Shown: piece after piece, positions 1 to 6,500 of the stretch
How the letters are laid out: each line of letters opens with the position of its first letter
Position numbering within the stretch: position 1 is the stretch's first letter
NCBI GenBank assembly: GCA_051882035.1
Contig: JBJERA010000167.1
Location: 1-35,538 of the forward strand
Reading direction: 5' to 3'
Length of the DNA stretch: 35,538 bases
Source of the DNA: Hominimerdicola sp.
GTDB taxonomy: Bacteria; Bacillota; Clostridia; Oscillospirales; Ruminococcaceae
Translations under genes and position numbers: made by a program
Notes under the pieces: model-generated
What the model was told of the DNA's origin: nothing
The model's input: only the letters and a program-made list of their open reading frames with translations
Database searches by the model: none

Positions 1-55
1 GGCAAGTTAGACGTACACAAAGCCGTTAGGCGGTAGTTGTGCGGTGTTGCCTTAA
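1..55 (-). mobile_element. Partial copy of MITE-like element family A (cut by window start)
   Basis: Reverse complement matches 6292..6346 at 54/55 nt; ends in TIR ...GTTGTGCGGTGTTGCC followed by TTAA. Confidence 0.85.
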
Positions 56-110
56 TAACATATTCCAAAATCATATAAAATATATTAACAATAATGTGTT
101 ATACTAATTT

Positions 111-126
111 GTTAGATGAGGCTAAC
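111..126. promoter_or_regulatory. Palindromic operator GTTAG-N6-CTAAC upstream of feoA (DtxR-family-like)
   Basis: GTTAGATGAGGCTAAC just downstream of an extended -10 (TGTTATACT, 97-105); resembles the GTTAG/CTAAC core of DtxR/IdeR boxes. Confidence 0.55.
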
Positions 127-152
127 TTATCTTTAAGAATCGAGGAAAAGAT

Positions 153-377
153 ATGACATTAAATGACGGAAAAGTAGGACAAAAATATGTTGTAGCTGAT
201 ACCAAGCTTCCCCAGCAGTTACAAAAAAGAATGGAGGCTCTCGGGCTCACCATTGGAACAATTATTACGATAATGCATAGAAAACGAAATGGAACTGAGG
301 TAATCCTGCTGAGGGGCACTAGATTTGCATTAGGCAGAGGTATTACCGAAAAAATTACTGTGGGGGAGGTGCACTGA
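153..377 (+). CDS. feoA: Ferrous iron transport protein A
   Basis: 74 aa, R-M-x-A-L-G-L-x-x-G and RGTRFALGR FeoA pattern; stop overlaps feoB start. Confidence 0.92.
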   Translation: MTLNDGKVGQKYVVADTKLPQQLQKRMEALGLTIGTIITIMHRKRNGTEVILLRGTRFALGRGITEKITVGEVH

Positions 378-2422
378 TGGCTGAGAATAATGAAATGACG
401 GTTGGATTTATCGGAAATCCAAACTGCGGAAAAACCACGCTTTTCAATGCTTTTACAGGAGCGAATCTCAAAGTTGCCAACTGGCCGGGAGTTACAGTTG
501 AAAAGGTTGAAGGCGCAATGAAATATCATAGTCACGCTTTCAAGCTGGTAGACCTTCCGGGTACATACAGTCTGACTTCTTACACCATGGAGGAACAGGT
601 TTCACGACAATATATTTTAAGTGATGAGGTCGATGTTGTGGTTGACGTGGCCGATGCCTCCTCTCTTGAACGAAATCTGTATCTGACATTACAGCTGTTG
701 GAGCTTGAAAAACCGGTAGTTATGGCTCTTAATATGATGGACGTGGTTGAAAAAAGAGGCATGGAGCTTGACCTGCACCGACTGCCTGAAATGCTGGGAA
801 TACCTGTTATACCTGTTTCAGGACAAAAGAGAACAGGACTTAATATTCTTCTTCATGCAATCGCTCATCATAAGGACAAGAATAAAACTGACAGACTAAT
901 TCACCATCATCCTACAATGACTGAAAGTGAAAAGCATGAGCGTTATGCTTTGGTTTACAGCGACAAAATCGAGAATAAAATTGATATTATCACCCAAAAA
1001 CTGCAAGAATTATATCCCGATATGAAAAATTACCGCTGGCACGCAATAAAGCTTTTGGAGCGTGACAGTGAGATTACAGAAAAATATCCTGTGGATTTGC
1101 CCGATGTTTTAGACCGCAGTTATGAAAGCGACATTATAAATGAAAAATATGATTTCATTGAAGAAATTATTGCGGAAACGCTTGTAAATAAAACACAGAA
1201 AGCGGCTCTTACTGAAAAAATTGATAAAGTTCTGCTTAATAATGTACTTGCGATTCCTGCTTTTCTGATGATTATGGCGTTGGTATTTTTCCTTACATTT
1301 ACAATAGGCGACTGGCTCAAAGGATACCTTGAACAGCTTGTCGAATGGCTGTCCGATAAAGCCGCCTCAGGGCTTACTGCCCTTGATGCAAGCAGTTGGC
1401 TGAAATCGCTTATAATCGACGGAATTATTGCGGGAGTCGGCGGAATACTTTCCTTCCTGCCTAATATTTTCATACTGTTCCTTGCACTTGCCTTTTTGGA
1501 GGACAGCGGATATATGTCAAGAGTTGCATATGTCATGAACGAACTTATGGGCAAGCTTGGTCTTTCAGGACGAGCGTTTATACCAATGGTGCTTGGATTC
1601 GGCTGTACAGTTCCTGCTATTATGGCGTCAAGAGTTCTGGAAAATCCTAAGGACAGGTACAGAGTAATGCTCATTACACCATTTATGTCATGCAGTGCAA
1701 GACTGCCCATATACATACTTTTCTCGGAATTGTTCTTTGAAAAACACTCTATGCTTGTGGCATATTCAATGTATTTAATCGGAATTGTCGTTGCAATTCT
1801 TGTAGCTTTTGTTCTCCACAAGACCGACAAGGAGAATAAGGACGATATGCTTTTGATTGAACTTCCCGAATACAAATTACCAAGCGCAAGAACCGTAAGC
1901 ATTTATGTATGGGAGAAAGTCAAGGATTACCTGACCAAAGCAGGAACAACAATTTTCTTTGCGTCAATTATTATATGGTTCTTGCTGAATTTCGGAATGA
2001 ACGGATATTCAAGTGATATGTCGGTAAGTTTCGGAGCAAAAATCGGTTCGTTCCTGATTCCTGTTATGGCTCCTGTCGGACTTGGTTTCTGGCAGGTTAC
2101 GGTTGCACTTATTGCAGGCATTTCAGCAAAAGAAGTAGTTGTTTCAAGCTTTATTGTGCTGTTTGGTATAAAAGGAACTTCAAGCGCTTCCGATAAGCTG
2201 GCTCTTACATCACAGCTTTCAGAAGTGGGATTCGGCCCTCTTAATGCATTCTGCATGATGCTTTTCTGCCTACTTTATATTCCATGTGCGGCAACTCTTG
2301 CAACTGTCAAAAAAGAAACAGGCAGTACGAGAAGTATGATTAAAACAGCTGTATTTCAGCTTTTAACCGCATGGTGCGTGACTTTTGCGGTGTATCAAAT
2401 AGCCTCGCTGATCATTGGCTGA
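377..2422 (+). CDS. feoB: Ferrous iron transport protein B
   Basis: G1 GNPNCGKT, NWPGVTVE, DLPG, NMMD; membrane domain with LEDSGYM and GFGCTVPA, PFMSCSARL motifs. Confidence 0.97.
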   Translation: MAENNEMTVGFIGNPNCGKTTLFNAFTGANLKVANWPGVTVEKVEGAMKYHSHAFKLVDLPGTYSLTSYTMEEQVSRQYILSDEVDVVVDVADASSLERNLYLTLQLLELEKPVVMALNMMDVVEKRGMELDLHRLPEMLGIPVIPVSGQKRTGLNILLHAIAHHKDKNKTDRLIHHHPTMTESEKHERYALVYSDKIENKIDIITQKLQELYPDMKNYRWHAIKLLERDSEITEKYPVDLPDVLDRSYESDIINEKYDFIEEIIAETLVNKTQKAALTEKIDKVLLNNVLAIPAFLMIMALVFFLTFTIGDWLKGYLEQLVEWLSDKAASGLTALDASSWLKSLIIDGIIAGVGGILSFLPNIFILFLALAFLEDSGYMSRVAYVMNELMGKLGLSGRAFIPMVLGFGCTVPAIMASRVLENPKDRYRVMLITPFMSCSARLPIYILFSELFFEKHSMLVAYSMYLIGIVVAILVAFVLHKTDKENKDDMLLIELPEYKLPSARTVSIYVWEKVKDYLTKAGTTIFFASIIIWFLLNFGMNGYSSDMSVSFGAKIGSFLIPVMAPVGLGFWQVTVALIAGISAKEVVVSSFIVLFGIKGTSSASDKLALTSQLSEVGFGPLNAFCMMLFCLLYIPCAATLATVKKETGSTRSMIKTAVFQLLTAWCVTFAVYQIASLIIG

Positions 2423-2434
2423 TTGGAGAACATA

Positions 2435-2593
2435 ATGAATTTATTTGAAATCATTCTTATTGTTCTGATTTTTGGATACTGCGGGTTCCTGATTTACAGA
2501 AGAATAAAAAATCGAGACAAAAAAGGCTGCGGCGGAAACTGCTCATGCTGTAACGGCTGTCCGTTTGACAATGATAAAAATAGTTTTAAATAG
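2435..2593 (+). CDS. FeoB-associated Cys-rich small membrane protein (52 aa; not in ORF track)
   Basis: GGAG SD then MNLFEIILIVLIFGYCGFLIYRRIKNRDKKGCGGNCSCCNGCPFDNDKNSFK*; one TM helix, a basic patch and a Cys cluster. Confidence 0.85.
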   Translation: MNLFEIILIVLIFGYCGFLIYRRIKNRDKKGCGGNCSCCNGCPFDNDKNSFK

Positions 2594-2594
2594 A

Positions 2595-2632
2595 AAAATC
2601 CTCCTGAAAGAATTTTCTTTCAGGAGGATTTT
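2595..2632. terminator. Bidirectional intrinsic terminator between convergent feo operon and Mn transporter
   Basis: AAAATCCTCCTGAAAGAA-tt-TTCTTTCAGGAGGATTTT perfect inverted repeat. Confidence 0.85.
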
Positions 2633-2653
2633 CGTCGTATATAATTTTTTCCA

Positions 2654-3505
2654 TTACATAATCGCTTGAACAATACAGCCAGCAGCCACTGCTACTACAT
2701 ATAAAATTCCCATTATCATGAAATTTTCTTTGTAATGCTTGTTAGTCTTAAATAAAACAACAAGTCCTACTCCTGCACCGGTGCAAAGACCTGCAATCAG
2801 CGAACCAAAGGAAATTACGCCCTCTATAAAAAGCTGAGTAAGAATAACAGACGCCGCACAGTTCGGAATAAATCCGATTATCGCCGCAATAAATGGCTGG
2901 AAAAAGCTATCTGTCATAAGTAATTTAGAAACCGTTTCCTTGCCTGCAAATTCCATAATACCGCCGAGAATAAGATTTACTATAAAAATAAAAATTATAA
3001 TCCCAAGAGTGTGATGCAAAGCCGAATGAAAAATTCCATGATGCTCGCAGTCACATTCCTTGCATATATCCTTAAATGGCTGGTCAAGCTGTTTCTTTCC
3101 TGCAATTTTCAGAAGAAAATCAACAAGTATACCTGCAACAACTGCTATCAGCACTTTAATAAGCACCAATTTCCATAGAGTTCCTGCAAATTTAGGCTGT
3201 GAAATTATTATCGGAATAGCCTCATCACTGGTTGAAAGAAATACGGAAATGAGCGTTCCCATTGTAATAAGCCGTCCCGAGTAAAGATTTGAGGCTACAA
3301 CGGAAAAACCGCACTGGGGAATTGCACCGAGTAAACCTCCGCCGACTGCTCCGAAGGGACCCATTTTTTGCAGTGATTTACCAAGCTTATCCGCCGAACG
3401 ATGCTCAATATACTCAATTAAAAGATAAACGCCGAAAAGAAACGGAAGCGTTTTCAAACTGTCAATAAAAGCGTCCAGAAAAATGTCCCACAGGGTTTCA
3501 AGCAT
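2654..3505 (-). CDS. Putative manganese/metal transporter (permease with two PxC repeats)
   Basis: IPQCGFS and IPNCAAS repeats, STSDEA motif, cytoplasmic CKECDCEHHG loop; start moved to ATG 3505 (AGGAGG SD); divergent from mntR-like gene. Confidence 0.7.
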   Translation of the reverse strand: MLETLWDIFLDAFIDSLKTLPFLFGVYLLIEYIEHRSADKLGKSLQKMGPFGAVGGGLLGAIPQCGFSVVASNLYSGRLITMGTLISVFLSTSDEAIPIIISQPKFAGTLWKLVLIKVLIAVVAGILVDFLLKIAGKKQLDQPFKDICKECDCEHHGIFHSALHHTLGIIIFIFIVNLILGGIMEFAGKETVSKLLMTDSFFQPFIAAIIGFIPNCAASVILTQLFIEGVISFGSLIAGLCTGAGVGLVVLFKTNKHYKENFMIMGILYVVAVAAGCIVQAIM

Positions 3506-3546
3506 ATAATTCCTCCTGAAATAAAAATAGAGATAATACAAAATTT

Positions 3547-3575
3547 ATTATACAATTTTTTTTGATTTTTGTCAA
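3547..3575 (-). promoter_or_regulatory. SigA-type promoter of putative Mn transporter
   Basis: Minus strand TTGACA-17-TATAAT. Confidence 0.75.
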
Positions 3576-3595
3576 GAACGTTTTTTCAGAAATTT

Positions 3596-3762
3596 TAAGA
3601 ATCTGTCCACATAGGATTTGCGTGCGGATTTTCGAGCATAATTTTGTTGCAGACAAGGCAAAAATGCGCAGGCGGGCTGGCGCCCGGCAAGCATTTTTAA
3701 CGCAGTCTGCGGCAAAATTTGCCGAAAAGACGTGCGTATATGCCTATGTGGACAGGTTCTAA
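3596..3762. mobile_element. MITE-like element family B (~161 bp plus TAA direct repeats)
   Basis: TAA|GAATCTGTCCACATAGG ... CCTATGTGGACAGGTTC|TAA (17 bp TIR, 1 mismatch); nested internal palindrome, GC-rich compared with flanks. Confidence 0.75.
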
Positions 3763-3797
3763 GGCATTATTCGACTCTCACAAAAAGCATATAAAGC

Positions 3798-3826
3798 TTG
3801 AAAATATGAAAATAATATGCTATAAT
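3798..3826 (+). promoter_or_regulatory. SigA-type promoter of mntR-like gene
   Basis: TTGAAA-17-TATAAT with extended -10 TG. Confidence 0.7.
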
Positions 3827-3854
3827 AATGGTAATTTTAAAATGGGGTGATTTT

Positions 3855-4220
3855 ATGGAAATCAGAGAATCTGCTGAAAATTATCTGGAAACTATACTTA
3901 TGCTTCACGAACGCAAGGGCGAAGTTCGCAGCATTGATATTGTAAACGAACTTGATTTTTCAAAACCAAGCGTTAGTGTCGCTATGAAAAATCTTAGGTT
4001 GAACGGTTATATCGAGGTTGATAAAAATGGATATATCACCCTCACAGAAAAAGGACGAGAAATTGCCGAGCGTATGTATGAACGTCACAATACCTTATCG
4101 AAATGGCTTATAAGCATTGGCGTAAGCGAACAAACCGCCGTCGAAGACGCCTGCAAAATTGAACACGTTATAAGTGCAGAATCCTTTGAGGCTATAAAAA
4201 AGCATGAAGGATTAATCTAA
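3855..4220 (+). CDS. mntR: DtxR/MntR-family metal-dependent transcriptional regulator
   Basis: SAENYLETI, SKPSVS HTH, YERH, EDACKIEH metal-binding motifs; start at ATG 3855 after GGGGTGA SD. Confidence 0.88.
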   Translation: MEIRESAENYLETILMLHERKGEVRSIDIVNELDFSKPSVSVAMKNLRLNGYIEVDKNGYITLTEKGREIAERMYERHNTLSKWLISIGVSEQTAVEDACKIEHVISAESFEAIKKHEGLI

Positions 4221-4250
4221 CTCAATAATATACACTGTTGCTGTAATCAT

Positions 4251-4294
4251 AAAAAACGCTTCCGTCTTGCCATAATGACAAAACGGAAGCGTTT
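4251..4294. terminator. Bidirectional terminator
   Basis: AAACGCTTCCGT...ACGGAAGCGTTT hairpin between convergent genes. Confidence 0.75.
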
Positions 4295-4345
4295 AATTCT
4301 ACCTATTCATAATTCTATCTTAATAGCTAAAAAGCCATTCAAGCA

Positions 4346-4915
4346 TTAATTATCAACTTTTTCATCTGTATCCGAAACACTTTTTTCAGAATCTTCATCA
4401 CTAAGATATTCCGCAAATGATGCAGTTACCTCGTCACACCACTGACTTTCAGTCAGCGAAGACGAATCCTCAGGAATTTTAAGCTCTGTATACTTTTGGG
4501 TTATTTCATCAAATACATAAATCTTCTCAGCATTCTTTGTTACCGCAACAGATGCAACCTTTTCATTTACTTTTTCCTCAACATCGTAAAGCTCAAAAAT
4601 ATAGCACTCTATTCCGTTAACTATGTCAGAGCCTACATAGCCGTAAAGTCTTTTTGAAGTCTCCTGAATATAAATCTTCTTAGTAGACTCAACCATAAAA
4701 TCAAAAGACTCAACAGCCTCGTCAGGAATTTTTTCAAATGAAGTCTTATCAGGAAGAGAGCTTTCTTCCTCCTCATCATCAACTTCCGAAACCGTATTAA
4801 TATCAGTATTTGCCAGATTAGCGTTATTTCCATTATTATCTGAATTTTGATTGCCGCAGCCGGTAAAAACAGCCGATGAGATAATCAATGCAGCAACAAT
4901 AATCAGTTTCTTCAT
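4346..4915 (-). CDS. Hypothetical acidic lipoprotein
   Basis: MKK + hydrophobic stretch + FTGC lipobox; Asn/Glu-rich linker; GGAGGT SD supports ATG 4915. Confidence 0.8.
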   Translation of the reverse strand: MKKLIIVAALIISSAVFTGCGNQNSDNNGNNANLANTDINTVSEVDDEEEESSLPDKTSFEKIPDEAVESFDFMVESTKKIYIQETSKRLYGYVGSDIVNGIECYIFELYDVEEKVNEKVASVAVTKNAEKIYVFDEITQKYTELKIPEDSSSLTESQWCDEVTASFAEYLSDEDSEKSVSDTDEKVDN

Positions 4916-5044
4916 TTTACTACCTCCGTTGTACAAATAAACTACTTCCCCTATTTCCTATTAATAAACTCTCCTTTACGATTTTACATTATATCACTAT
5001 TTCTTTGCAAAGTAAAGTAAAAAAGTAAAATTTGTAATAAAAAC

Positions 5045-5075
5045 TCCCGATTGCAACAAATCAATGCAATCGGGA
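5045..5075 (-). terminator. Probable terminator of the APH-like gene
   Basis: TCCCGATTGCA / TGCAATCGGGA inverted repeat with an A-run on its left. Confidence 0.65.
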
Positions 5076-5132
5076 ACGTCTATTTTAGTTTATTTGCACA
5101 ACCTGATATTACAAATCTGTAACAACATTTTA

Positions 5133-5900
5133 CTAGCTGTAATCAACCACGTCAATCCATCTCATAAGCAAATCCTTTTGCGCAGGAATTTCCTTTTCTA
5201 ACTGAGATGCTGCAACAATCGGCAGCCAAGCCTGAACATACTTCTTTGAAGTTCCGCTCTTAACGCAGTATTTATCCATATAAGGCTCGGCAAGTTCAGG
5301 ATTTTTCAGACATAATAACATATAGGTTCTTGCAACATCAGCCGAAGCATTTCCTTGTCTGGCAGAACCCCAGTTGATTACATAAGTTCCCTCGTCATTG
5401 ATAATAATATTTCTAGGCTCTAAATTTCCATGACAAAGCTTGGTATGCTTAGGCATAGAATCAAGCCTCGTCAAAAGCTCATACTTTTTGATTTCATCAA
5501 TCACTTCAAGACCCTTAATCTGGCGAGCCATTTTATCTTTCAGCTTGGAAAGCAAAGGCATATGCAGGGAATGAATTTCACATTGAATATCAACAAGCTG
5601 ATTTAAATATGTATCAACCTTATCGGGATTTTCGTCAATCAGCTGCTGTAAAGTCTTTCCCTTAACATAATCCATTGAAATAGCCCACTTCCCGTCAACC
5701 ACGGAAACTTCGTGAAGGATTGGCATTTTTATTTTTTCATTTCCTGCCAGCGCAGTTTCAACCCTTGCATGAGTCAGAGCCGCATACAAGCATTTTTCTT
5801 TATACTCTGCTTTTTTATAAACTCTTACTGCAAGACCGTCATATTCATAAACGTCATAAATTTCGCCTGACGCAACAAAATTAATCAGCTCAACACTCAT
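5133..5900 (-). CDS. APH/choline-kinase-fold protein with degenerate catalytic motifs (pseudokinase candidate)
   Basis: MDYVKG, LCHGNLEPRNII, VINWG, ADVART fit the APH family, but HGD reads HGN and IDW reads INW; start at ATG 5900 after AAGGAGAGG SD. Confidence 0.8.
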   Translation of the reverse strand: MSVELINFVASGEIYDVYEYDGLAVRVYKKAEYKEKCLYAALTHARVETALAGNEKIKMPILHEVSVVDGKWAISMDYVKGKTLQQLIDENPDKVDTYLNQLVDIQCEIHSLHMPLLSKLKDKMARQIKGLEVIDEIKKYELLTRLDSMPKHTKLCHGNLEPRNIIINDEGTYVINWGSARQGNASADVARTYMLLCLKNPELAEPYMDKYCVKSGTSKKYVQAWLPIVAASQLEKEIPAQKDLLMRWIDVVDYS

Positions 5901-6203
5901 AACAACCTCTCCTTTATGCAAAATTTCTAAGTTTTCAACAAACTTTTTGTTTAAAATAACATTTATAAAGCTATTTCTTTTGATGTATATATTATACTAC
6001 ATCATTCTTCATTTGTCTAGTATTTTTCGTTATTTTTACTGCTGTTATTATTTTATTTAGAATTTATATATTATATATTCAAAATAATATTATGCAACTT
6101 TACCAACGCTAATCGTTATAATTCCATAAAACTAAATTCTTTTTTTGTGGATAATAGATAATAAGTCAGGCTAAAATAATTTAAAAGATGTGAGATAATA
6201 AGA

Positions 6204-6232
6204 TTGACAAAAAAATAACAAAGTGCTATAAT
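6204..6232 (+). promoter_or_regulatory. adhE promoter with overlapping Rex-box-like site
   Basis: TTGACA-17-TATAAT with TGn; 6204..6221 TTGACAAAAAAATAACAA partly matches clostridial Rex consensus TTGTTAANNNNTTAACAA. Confidence 0.7.
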
Positions 6233-6291
6233 ATAATTACACTAAGAAAGTGTAATTTGAATATTATCTTCATCGAACAGTTGAATTATTA

Positions 6292-6470
6292 TTAAGGCAA
6301 CACCGCACAACTACCGCCTAACGGCTTTGTGCACGTCTAACTTGCCAATTTTCCGTCATCTTGCACAGAAACTCCTTGAAATACACAAGTATTCCTGCGT
6401 CGTTTCTATACAATCTGACGAAAAATTTTCTGTGTTATCCGCACACAATAGTTGTACGGTATTGCCTTAA
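6292..6470 (+). mobile_element. Full-length MITE-like element family A in the adhE 5' leader
   Basis: TTAA|GGCAACACCGCACAACTA ... TAGTTGTACGGTATTGCC|TTAA (18 bp TIR, 2 mismatches); nested hairpin with core AATAC-ACAA-GTATT; related copies at 1, 10802 and 27167. Confidence 0.88.
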
Positions 6471-6500
6471 ACCAAAATCTATTTTATTGGAGGTTTATTT

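Noticed and set aside
1120-2256. Long antisense ORFs opposite feoB (likewise those opposite adhE, gap and clpB)
   Set aside because: Shadow frames of well-supported genes, with no SD or recognisable motifs.
3562-3762. 66-aa ORF in the track
   Set aside because: Lies almost entirely within the palindromic MITE B; no SD.
5133-5900. Aminoglycoside resistance gene
   Set aside because: Catalytic aspartates are missing and the context is metabolic, not mobile resistance.
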